Under the pieces are notes generated by a model. It was not told the origin of the DNA. It was given only the letters and a program-made list of their open reading frames with translations, and made no database searches. Made by a program: the position numbers and the translations under genes. A DNA stretch of 64,000 nucleotides from Takakia lepidozioides (taxonomy: Eukaryota; Plantae; Bryophyta), in contig CM060733.1 in NCBI GenBank assembly GCA_030704615.1, positions 29,574,001-29,638,000 of the forward strand. The letters are read 5' to 3'. This document shows positions 35,224-49,300 of this stretch, piece after piece. Each line of letters starts with the position of its first letter. The first letter of the stretch is position 1.

Positions 35224-35490
35224 AATGGCAAACCACATTTCATTCTCACAACTTGTACAATTCTCAATCCACAATAATATGCTCGGGATTATTGAGCAGT
35301 TGGAGATTACGTTGTATGACAGAGTGCACCCTACACTGGTTGAGATTTTCAATCTCGAGAATACTCCTGAACCAATGTAGAGTGCACTTTCTTATACTAT
35401 ATGTAGTCTCCAACTGCTCAACAAATTGCGAGCATATCATTGTGGATTGATAAGGTTATAGATTGAGGTGATGAAATGGTGCTTGCCATT
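35224..35490. repeat. ~270-bp imperfect foldback (long hairpin)
   Basis: The left arm TCAATCCACAATAATATGCTCG...TTGAGCAGTTGGAGA...GTGCACCCTACACTGGTT pairs with the right arm AACCAATGTAGAGTGCAC...TCTCCAACTGCTCAA...CGAGCATATCATTGTGGATTGA. Outer arms are AATGGCAA / TTGCCATT. Confidence 0.85.
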
Positions 35491-38400
35491 AACCCTTAAA
35501 GGACGAGTTAATTTTTTGGTGGGCCCACTAAAAAAAGATGCATACCCTTATGAACGAGGGTGTAACTTCTTACCCCCAATCATCCATGGGGATGAACCTT
35601 ATACTTATGTGTATATCTACTACATCCATGTCATGTCAAAAATGGAGGCAAATTGACTGTTGCATTCGGGAGATTATAACAAAGTAATATGCCCCAATTT
35701 GTAAATATATTCACAAATTGCATGGAAAAAGTTGTTTGACCACAAAATTGAAGTATCGAGTTGAATATTTCTAGACAAAGGCCCTCCATAATCTGATTAT
35801 GTGGCACCTAAACTACTGCCTCCCCAAAAAATCAGACCAAAATTCAGATAGGCTACTTTGTATGTGAAATCTGTGGGATAAATTATCTTGTTTTGGCTTC
35901 TTTCCCAAGTACACCCATGAGGTGACATTTGTTTTCCAATTCCTCTAGTAAGTAAGTGCACAATAACATTTCATGTTGCCTTGTCCAAATTTTTTGGCAT
36001 TATGATAAATTTTCAGCCCTAGATGTTATCTTGAAGATTGCCCATTTGGCTGCCACGTAGGCAAGTCAATGGTGCTCTAACACTGGATTTCCTCAACCCC
36101 TAGCATTTTGCAAAACCCTAGCACTTTGCAAAATTCTAGGGAGCAAAGCTTTTATTATGTTTTGGTGCTGTAAATTCCCACATGTGCTCCTCTTTGACAT
36201 CTACAATTCATCTTAAAGCCTTCACCTCCATCCACTATCATCCATGGGAACTGGAGCGTGGCCAATGTATCTACATGGTAATAGCCATGGGGGTATTGTA
36301 TGGTCCAACAGTTTTCCTTGGCTCGTGTCTATATTAATAAAGTTGAACCATCTAGAATCTAGATTTAGGGTGCGAGAGGATGAGTTTTTAAAGTTGCCAA
36401 ACACCGTGGTTGTGACGGGTTACGTGGAGTCCATGGATTATGGGATGTTTACAATAGAGGAGAAGATGCGGCCACTTGTGGGGGATGGAAATGGCATTAT
36501 ATGCAAAGTTTATTAGGATGTAATAAGGGCCAAAAGCCCATATATTGCCCATATCAAAATCGGGGTGTTTGTTTTAAATTGAGTATTGGTGATAATACAA
36601 GATGTCCACAATTGTGTAGAAGCAGCGATGCGACCCATTTAGATATGTAGGAGTTTGTATAGGTGCGAGATGCCTAGACTTGCTTCTTGGTTTTGCTTGC
36701 CATATATGTATGCAAGTCACAGATGGGGACTATGGCCGAGAATTGAGCTTCGATTGAAGTCAACCAAAAAGCATATGTGTGTGGATATGAAAATGTGTAG
36801 GGTTGGCAGTGGGCTGAATGAATCCAAGCTGGACAAATTAGTCTGCTATCTCATTGTCCGCAATGCCGAGTTAGGTTTTGGTTTATGAGAATGTAGCATG
36901 GAAACCAAACTATTTGTAAGAAGATAAAATGTCAAGCCAAGTTGACATGGAAGAGATTTCAAGGCATCATGTATGGCCATGCATGTGTTCTGCGCGCAAA
37001 ATGTTCTGTCGGCCTAGAAGACAGTTGTATGTTGGTTCCAACAAAATAGGCTCCATACCCTGTGTGTGCATCTTTTAGGGAGCAATATGTATAGATGCAT
37101 TGGCCGTGAGGTGAAAATAAAATTTAAGGGAAAAAAATTAGTAAAGTCCGGGATTAGCATGACTAGATGTTGTTGTGAGGTTGCCCAAAGCAGTCTCAGA
37201 ACAGCCAAGCGCCACAGTTTGTCAGGTTAATGCGAGGGTATATGTAGGTCGTTCGTATAATTTGGCTTATGGGTGGTGGTAGTGGGGCCGATTAAGTGGC
37301 TTAGTAGTTGCGTTAATTGTGAAAAGAAAATATAAGATATATGTGGGTCACTGCTGCTGGAGTGGTGTATACAAATTAGTTTAGCTAACGATGGTTCATG
37401 AATGGTACGCCATACACGGTGGTAGTGACGGAGTGGATTCATATACACATGAACATGGATCAAACATAGCAAAATATGAAGATAGGGGGGGGGGGGGGGG
37501 GGTTGGTTGAGGGCATCGGGAGATCAGTATTGGTGTGTTGGGAATAAGCAAGATGGTGAAGGCGTCCATGGATACATGGGCAGCTATTCGTGCCAAATGA
37601 ATTGTTTCACTAGCTGTATTAGAATTAGGGGGGTACGCAAAGCCTCGCTCTTGCCATTGGTGAAATCTTGCTAAACCTAGGGAGCCAGAAATTGGTGAGT
37701 ATTGTATACACTAGAATAGATTGCCATTCACACGGGGCATGTAAGAGGGTTAGAGTATTATAAAAGAATAAACTTAGGTTCCGTGGTAAAGAAGTTGAGA
37801 AGGGGTGCGAGAAGTGTCGAGTGGGAGTGTGCAAGAGATATTTTGTTAATTGATGTGCTAGCACATTTGGGAGGGGGATCTTGTGCATAGCATTAGAAGA
37901 GATTGGAAATTGCATGCAGCACAAACGTGGATGTCGTATGGGGATGCAGACTGTAAGTCTTATTCTCCTTCTAAGAATGCTCCCAAAAAGAAAAAATATA
38001 TATTTTTTCCGTCTTCGGTCTCTGTTATACCTACCAGAAGTATGGGGTAAATGAATGGTCAGAGTCAGTTTAATTTAGCGAGTGATATGTTTTTAATGGA
38101 TATCCTAGTTGTCGTGGCTCTTTACCCCGGAGGGTAGGGGGTCGGGACACAAGAAGGGTTGTCCTTGTGGTGGGGATAGTAGTGGGAGTGGGCCAGAACG
38201 ATTCTTGAGTGCCTAAAGTACTCAAGATGGCAGCGGCCCTTACTATGTGAAACCTCGCAACCGGGTTAATAAAGTGGGGGCTCCGAGTGGGGTGGTTGTA
38301 GCATATATAAAGAGTTGTATTGGGGTGGTATAAGACTTATCGTGGGGTCGAGGCCTTGTGGTGGGAGTCATGGGAAGCCTTAGGGCTCACCGCGGTCCAT

Positions 38401-38804
38401 TGGGCCATGGTAGGTGGGCCAAGATTCATTGCGACTCATCCTATGGAGTCGACTCGGTTGACAATGGTGGTTCACCAAAAAGGACTTGGGCCAATGTTTG
38501 TGAGACCTTTGTTAACACCTACAAAACTATATATAAGGAGTAGTAACCCCGAGAACAATGCAAGCCCGTTAAGCTATCAAAAGCTAATAAAGCAAGCAAG
38601 CAAGTCAAGAAATGGTCCTTTTTTGCTCCCCAACGCAACCCTCGACTATGCGGTTGTAAGCAGTCCGGAAGAAGTCCCCACACTCGACAAGTTAGCCCGG
38701 GTTCGGAGTTAGGCGTGCCAAAGCGAAAAACTACAGTATGACATGAGAGGGAGTTTACTGCGAGGTGCGCGGCATTCATCCTGTTTGCTTTTGGAACAGA
38801 TCCT

Positions 38805-39910
38805 TGCCACGTGGCATGAGCTTTCATGTTTCATCCACAACACGTGCCAATCAAGCAGACCAAAAGGCATTCATCCAATCTGCTTGCAAACTGAGGTCGT
38901 CCGTCACGCCACGTGTCAATAATGTCCTTTCTATAATAAATTAATTTATATTCTCCTTGTCGTCGTGGCCCACACGACACCAATCATTGAGTCCCCCATC
39001 CACAATCTCTTCCTCCTAGTTCCCTCACGTAATCTCTCTTCTCTTGTTTTCCTGCAAAAAAAAAAGAAGAGTGGGGATTTGAGCTCAGGACCACCCGACA
39101 CGGCTGCCGAAGCCACCGTCAGCAAGACAGCTGTCGCGGCGGTTACTGCCAGGCCGGGCCCCCCGCCGACGGACGCCTTCCGTCACGTCAGCGTCACCGC
39201 GCTGTCCCCACCGTCCACGGCAGTCAGCAGCCCGCACTGACCGCGGAAATGAGGTGGGCAGCGGACGGTCAGCCACGGCCGCCGCGCCGTCGACGCATGC
39301 GGAAGCGCGCCTGCAGTATTCCTTGCCGTCGTCATCATTGAGCACCTTTGTTCCATGGGCCCATCGAACACCTTATCGACTTATTATTTCTTTTCGAAAT
39401 TCTTCTTTTTTTCCTTTTTTTCCTTTTTTGCTTGCACGAAAAGTTAAAGAGAGGATTACCGACACGTCACCGGTCGACGCCTGAGAATGGGACGGCGTCT
39501 CCCGCACGTTACTTTCAGAGAAAACGCCGGCGGTTTGCAACCGTGCGTTGGCCGGGCAGCTCGGGCAGCCGGGTATCAGGATCCGTGTGGGCGCACGCCA
39601 GCCTGCGCCTGGAAGCTTCCCCCAACCATTCGCGCGGTTTGTCGCTTGCGAGAGCTGTGCACGGAACTGCGCGGTCTACCTGCGCTGCCAGGAAAGTACC
39701 GCGCGATGAACCGCGCGGCTGCGGGCAGCTTGGAGATTTCTCGTGCTCGTCTTTGGCAGGCGGTGCGGGGCAAGTGGGGAGGGAGGAGTCTTGGGAAGAA
39801 CGCGAAGTGCTTCCTCGCTCTTATAAAGCTCCTGCATCCCCTTTGCTTCTCATCTTTCCTTCGATCTTTCTTGAGTTCAGATTGGGCAGCGGTTCTGGAA
39901 GGCTAGAGGA
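38805..39910 (+). promoter_or_regulatory. Polyubiquitin promoter region: G-box/ACGT cluster, TATA box (TATAAA at 39822), heat-shock-element-like TTCTGGAA at ~39893
   Basis: CACGTG at ~38808, 38841 and 38909, plus further ACGT cores. The TATA box lies ~155 bp upstream of the ATG. Confidence 0.45.
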
Positions 39911-39955
39911 TTGTGAACGTCTGTTGTTTGCATCTGAGTTGAGTAGTTTTGGTAG

Positions 39956-42034
<2,079 letters not shown>

Positions 42035-43363
42035 AAGAGCATCTGTAGTTGCAACTCAGATGATATCATGCAGATAGGCAACTCTGAGCACAGTTCTCCA
42101 TATCATAGGAAGTCAAGAGTATGTATAGAGTTGGGCAACATATCACTTGATCTCAACTGTGTGTTGGGTTGAAAGCTGTGGAGCGTGCTGTGATTGTGCA
42201 TAATGTGAAATGTTTCTTAAGAGTATTAACATCCTGCGTGTACCTCCATTTGCTTCTGCTTTCGATTGTGCATCTTGTCCGGAAAAGCTGTTATCGTATT
42301 CTGGGTACTTCATATAACTCTCTGATTCTGCTGCTGCCGTTTGGGCAAAGGCCAGGGCCTTCTATTCCCCCTGGAAGAAACCCTCTGCTTCCTGTCCACC
42401 CACACCTGCTCCATCCACACTCTGGCCAGATATAGAGCAAGTGCGCCCGGTTTGGATACTCTCACCTTGCTGCCCACCATGTTTTCAAAGGGATGTGTAG
42501 TGACCTACCAAAGGAAGGTAGTGGAGGAGGGTGTTAGTCCAGTTCTTTGCAGATGTGCTGAAGAGAAGTGTCCAGCACTTATTATCAAATGAAGAGGCAC
42601 CTTATGCAGAGGCTCAGCTTTCTCTGAAGCAGGCATCAAACGATCCTTCAAACTCCCTTGTAGACGAAGGCTCGGGGAAGGAGGCCGTGGTCGTCGAGGA
42701 AGAATCGAAGCACAAAGGCAAGGCGCATCAAAGTTTTACCAAGCACACACAAGACCGTCAGGCTAGTGCCTTCTAGCTGTGGTCCATAGTAGCCTCATCT
42801 GTTGTCTGGTTCTACCATGCTTGCTTATTTCAGGTCCTTCTCTAGTCAGGCGCTCCAGATCAGCACGGTCCATGTGTTGATCTGTTTTTCTTTTGTAAGT
42901 TAGGGACTGATGGGTAGTTGGCCCTTCGCTTTGCTCACTTCATGGCTCTTGAAGTTATTCTTTCCTTATACCAATCTACTTCAGGGCTCCGATCCCCTTG
43001 ACAGAAAAAATAAAGAAACATTCAGTATGAAACAGACATCACTACTCTTTTGATATGAAAATCCTCCAGAGCTTACACATTGAAATGCAATTCCGAACAG
43101 TTGAATGAGATCTTTCAAACTTGTCGAGACTCTACAATGCAGTTTCTCTATGCCCCAACAGCGGTTGTCATCTTTATTCTTCAGTACACATGAACAGATA
43201 TTTTCTGTATCTTTCTCACATAATTTAGGCCTCGTGGTTTCTACAAGAGGCAGTTAATTCACAAACCATAAGCAGGGTAAGACATGGTCAGACATAGTAG
43301 GTTGTAACGTGACAATACAACAGTAATGAGTCAGTCGACAAGAGGAGGAGAGCATATATCGTT

Positions 43364-46300
43364 CTACAAACAGTCGTTTCTCATGAAATCAAAAAAGTTG
43401 TCAGCCACTGCAGCAGCTGCTGAATCATAGAACAGCACCCGTTTCCGAAATGCACGCAGAGAGCGCTTGTCTTGAGGTGTAGCGCACTGAAACTCATTCC
43501 ACACACGCATAGAGTGTGAAATTTCCATGTATATGCAAGTATGGACACTATGTACTTTGCAACACTGAATAGTTTGGAGAACAAAGGACTTTGGTACCTG
43601 GGATTTTGGATCCAGAACAATGTTAGCTTCCATTGCAATGTTCTTTAGGATGCGCGAAAGGCGGAGGAAACTTACAAAGGACTTTTTCCTCAAGAGGATA
43701 TCCGCAAGGTAGTGAATCCACAGGCAGTTGGTCTTAGGGAATCTGTTACAAGCGGGTTAGTCAACTCGAACCAACTTCACAGCTGTTCCTGCAACCTATC
43801 ACTACATCTTCCATTCCAACTCAACCTCCTCATGGACAACATATCATAATTATTGAGTTCTTAGCACAGGCAAGTTTGGGCAAACATTGTGTGCCTGAAC
43901 AATCATATCTTTCCTTGAATTGAATTTTCTTGGGCTACTGGATGAGCCAAAAATATGGCCTGGTTCTCCTAAGTTGACTGGCAAACAAAGGTGGCAACAA
44001 AGACTTCGAGGACATGCATCAAAGTAATGCCTCACAAATGGAGAGAGCTATCAACATATGAGTGATAAGTGATAACCACCAGGAGGGCCAATACAGCTTA
44101 AAAGGTTGGATCCAATTTGTACTCCAAACTTGAGCACCCTTTGATGGTTGGGCAAACTTCATTTCTATAAAAGCAGACACATTTGTTGCTTGAGTAAAAT
44201 AAAACCTCCCTGCAGCAATTGATAGCTTTTTACAACTATGAAGGTGAGGAGCCAGCACTTACCGTCCTTCCCATTGCCCTCCTGTAACTCGGAGCATTTG
44301 CCGGTATGTGTCTGCCTGTAACCACATCAGTGCACTTTCCAGGAGTCAGATGATGAGTACCAGTAGTCAGCATCGGCTGACCCTCCACTTGGGCACCCGT
44401 TACGATGCATAGATAGAAGGGTTCCTGCCAAGTATCTATTCTGGCATTAGAGGAAAAATTGGAGGTGTGGTAAGAGAATGGGACCTACACAAAGAGGTAT
44501 AAATTCCAGTGAAAAAAGGAAGATACAGATGGAACTGGTATTTACCTGAATATCACCTTTCTGGCCCTCAAACAGAGCTGGATCGGCTGACAAATTGCAA
44601 AACTGCACTTGCTTCCCTGCACATATTCACTAAAGCTAGAGTTTCATATCCCGCATAGGAAATTCGCAAATGAGAAAACGGCCCTAGCACATGCACAATA
44701 AGTCGCTGACTGCAAATCAAGGCCCTTTTCACAAGCATTCCACAGCCCCTCCATATGAGGTGCTCTTTTGCAGCATTATTCGATGTTGCAGTCAGAATGT
44801 CACATCTGTGTTAAGCAGAGGGCTACCTGACCAGTGCTACAGGGCTTTATCATAGCATGTCATCGTCAACACTTACAAAAACACTGTATAACATAAAACT
44901 CTCTCCCTGTCCTCTAGGAAGCCTATTGCCATTGGGTGGACTTGATACGGGAGTACATTAATGTCTCTGTGACTAAATGCCGGCCTTGTGACCTCGTGTC
45001 TTTGTTTGTTTCGACCTGAAGCGCTTTGCTCCAGGTAAGGTAGTGCATTGGATTTAGTTGGAAAGCTTGGGGCCTTTCCCTCTTTAGAATATGCCTACAC
45101 GGGCCATTCCCTGCAACTCCCTGGAGTGTGATCTCTGAATGGTAACAAGCGGACCCCTACCGCTTGGGGGCAGCCCCTCCGCCCAAATTGGGCAGGCGTA
45201 TGCTCTGTCTAGCATACTCGGCACTTGGGCTCGGGTTGGTTCTTGTGCTTAAGCTTATGGCCTGCGACAACAATCAAAATCTTATCCCCTATCAACATTA
45301 ACACTCCTCAGGGTGATTCCTGGGAATTGGTTACTTATGCCAAATCTAGGACTTCATGTGTAGTTTTTGGGGTGAATCCCAGGATGGACGATGTGTCCTT
45401 TAAAACTACATGCTCTAGCTTAGGCTTGAATTTCATGGCTGATGGTTCCATCTCGAGACTTGATAACAGGGGTACGTTGAAGGTTGCAATGCCCAAAAGT
45501 GCTTCTAATAGAGTCCCACATCAATTCAATCTCAAAGAAGTTCGTCCCTTGACTGGCTGGAGAGCGGTCTTAGACATTGGTGATTCAATGGGGCGCTCTA
45601 GGAAGACAACCAAGGGCAGGGACTTCAACTTGAGAGTTTCTAATCGGTTTGATGCTCTGGATGAGGTTGAATCCAAACAGCCAAACGGACAATCTGCCCC
45701 TAAGTGTACGGAACCTGAACGTCCTGTATCTGAAGGATTTGGTACTCTGAATGGTTTACCAATCCTCAAGGTTTACACAAGACGAGCAAATTCTATACAC
45801 GGGGTAATTGTCCCCAAGCCGTCAGATGGACAATCTGTCCCTAAGTGTGCAGAGCCTGAACGTCGTGTAACTGAAGGATTTGGTACTCTAAATGGTTTAC
45901 CAATCCTCAAAGTCTACACAAGACGAGCAAAATCTATACACGGGGTAATTGTCACCAAGCAGTCAGACGGACAATCTAAGTGTGCGGAGCCTGTACGTCG
46001 TGTAACTGAAGGATTTGGTACCCTGAATGGTTTACCAATTCTCAAAGTTTACACAAGACGAGCAAAATCTACACACGGGGCAACTGTCCCCCCTTTGCAG
46101 AACGGTTGGCCGTCCAGGAGCCACAAGCTACCTAGACGACAAACAATTCATATGCAACGGGCTGGCTTGTGGCTGGGCACTTCCAATTTCTCAGGGCTGA
46201 CTAACCAAAGGAAACAACTCGAAGTGGCACAAGTTCTTCAGGCCAATAACATTCATATTTGTGCTGGTCAGGAGACATGGGAAACACCGGATAAATTGGT

Positions 46301-49300
46301 TGGAGATGTCAATGGGTATAAGTGGACGGGAAAGATGTGTACTCTGAAGGCAGCCTCTGCCAAATGCGGCCAAAAAGGGGTTGGATTCTTTGTCCGCGAT
46401 TTCTTGTTTGATAATTGTGAAATTATCAACAAGGGTTTGAGGTATGAGCATAGTATCTGGCTAAAACTGAATCTGAATACGAAGGACCTCTTTGTGGGTT
46501 GTGTATACATGCCCACAGAGGGGACCCTTAGTGTTGACGCAGACAAAGCCTTCGAAGATGTAAAGCTGGACTGTGCTTCGTTCCTTGCCAAAGGTCAGGT
46601 GGTTCTATTGGGTGACTTCAAGCCCGGGTGGGCAAAGGTCTCCATCAGGACGATATCATTGGGCCTTTTGGTGAGGACGAGCTGAATTCTAATGGCAGAA
46701 GGTTAATTAACTGTCTGGAAGAGCTTCAGCTTTTGACCTTGAATAACAGGACAAGAGGTGACCAAGTGCAGTGGACTCGTGAGAAATCCCAAACTGGGGA
46801 ACGTTCCATTGTGGACTATATCATAATGGACAAAAATTTGTTTCCCCAGTGTGCCAAATGTGTTGATCGACAGAACTGATATTGGTACCTCTGACCACTT
46901 CCTGGTTTGGACTGAGATCAAAAGGTGTTTTCCCAACACCAAGAGATCTGTGAAACGTTCGATTCGGAAGTGGCGCATAGAAAAATTCCATAATGAGGAG
47001 GTCAAGGCTGAGTATGTCCAGGCCTTGCAAAAGGCTCTCCCTCATTTTGTCCACTCGTTCCCAGAACTTCAGTCTCGCTCTGACAATGCAAGAAATGAAG
47101 TCGAAAGAGCAGTGTACTATTGGGAGAGTTTTGTTTCCTGTGGCTGACAAGATCATTGGAAGGAAACTAATTGTCTGCGGTAGAGCTGTGGACCAATGAG
47201 ATTAAACTCAAGATAGCTGAGAGACGAGCCCTCTATAAAGAGTGCTGCAATTTGAAAACCAACAGAGAATTGTGGGCGAGGTACTACCAGCTCCGTAAAG
47301 ATATCAATCAGCTTGTTAGGTCTCAGAAGAAATTATACTGGGACAAGTTATACAGTGAAATAAACTCAAACCACCATGGTGGTAATGACAAGAAATTCTG
47401 GTTGGCCCTTCAACGTTTGTACAAGCCGAAAAACGGTCAGCAAGTACAAGCGCTGAAGCCTACTAAAGGTGCAGTGGTGACTTCATCGGTTGACATTGTC
47501 AAAACCTTTGAAACTCACTACAGTATCCTTGGCAGAACTTCTAGGTCTAACAGTGAGGGGGCTTCTGCTGAATGGAGGGACACAGTTAGAAAAACTGTTC
47601 CTATGATTCAAAACAGCCCTGATGAACTGGAGTATATTTCAATGTCTTATAACGCTCCCATTAGTTCTTCTGAGATTGTGGAAGCAATTGAACATTTAAA
47701 TGGATATAAAGCTGGTGGACCTGATGGTATAGTCAACGAGCTTATCAAGCACGGTGGCGATCCCATGATAGAGGCCCTAGTTCTCCTCTTTAACCTTATC
47801 TGGAAGACTGAAATGATCCCCTTTCGCTGGCGACAGGGGGTCATTGTCAATCTATACAAGAAAGGTGACAGAGAAGAACCGGGGAACTACCGTGGCATCA
47901 CGCTCCTCAATGCTGTTGGCAAGACATTCTGCAGAGTTATAAGTACTCGTCTCGAGGTTGATCTGGAGTCTAGAGGTCGAAGGCCAAGCTGGCTTTCGGC
48001 GAAACAGGGGCTGTATGGATCATATCTTCACTCTAAGCCAGATTATCCAGGGAAGGAAAAAAGAAGGGAAACCAACTTATGTTTTTTTCCTGGATGTCAA
48101 AAAGGCTTATGACACAGTGTGGAGAGATGGCCTATGGTTCCGCCTCTGGTCTTGTGGGATCAAGGGAAAGATGTGGAGAGTTGTCCACAACTTGTACGCT
48201 CACGCCAAAAGCTGTGTCACTGTTAACGGACAGAAGTCCAACTTCTTTGACATAGACCAAGGTGTAGCTCAAGGATGTACTCTCTCCCCTCTGCTCTTCA
48301 ATGTTTTCATCAATCAACTCCTCGAGGATGTGGAAAGTGAGGGATTTGGGTTAAGGGTGGGTGATACCACCATACCAGCCCTTATGTTTGCGGATGACTT
48401 CGCAGGCATAGGGGAGACTCCAACCAATCTCCAGGAGTTGATTGATTGCGCGAAGAGATACTTTGATCTTTGGGGTTAGAGGCTAATGTCAGCAAATGTG
48501 CAGTGGTAGCATTCAACGACAGAAGAGAGGGAGGAAGTGATCTTAAGTGGCAGTGGGGTAGCCAAGAGATCCCGGTCCTCCCTTCCTACACTTACCTGGG
48601 CGTTGAGTTCTCCTCCAATTGTAATTGGGATGCACATATCCGGAAAGTTGTTCAAACTGGCAAGGGCAAAGCTCTGGGGCTCACTAAATTTTTCCACTGC
48701 AGAGGGGTCAACTCTGAGGTTAAGAAAACCATGCTTTGTCGCGTTATTAGACCTGCCTTGGAGTACCGATCTGCTATATGGGTTGATAACTCCAACCAGG
48801 CTAAGTCTCTAGAATCCATTCAAGTGGGGGTGCTTAAGGAGTGTATGTCAGCATGCTCCAAAACAGCCAATGTGGCTGTTCGGGGTGAGTTTGGCATTCC
48901 GTCCTTAAGCTCCCGACGAGATAAATTCAAGGTCAGATGGTGGGGTCAGCTGCAACATATGTCCAACACCAGATATCCTAAGTTAATCGACTCTATATCT
49001 TGGAAACAGGACCGCCCTGTCGAACAGGCTAAGTCCTGGCAGAAGAGAGTAGAAGAGATTCTCAAGGGCCTGGACCTGGAACCGCAAGTCTTGACCCTGC
49101 TGGATAAATCTGACTTAGAGGCTGTAGTGTCCAAAGCCATGTCTGTTGCCATGAGATTGTCTTATGAAAATGTAGGCAGAAAACTTCCCTGAACTTGTTT
49201 CCAGTCTGTGACATGGGGGAGGACATCTTGGATGACCTCAAGGGTCTACCCACTCTAGGCACTAGACTGAAATTTAAACTCAGGGCAGGAAGCTTACCTT

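Noticed and set aside
35500-38800. Gene or defined transposon in the region with a poly-G run (37484-37502)
   Set aside because: Probably old TE debris; no domain, TIR pair or TSD that I can support.
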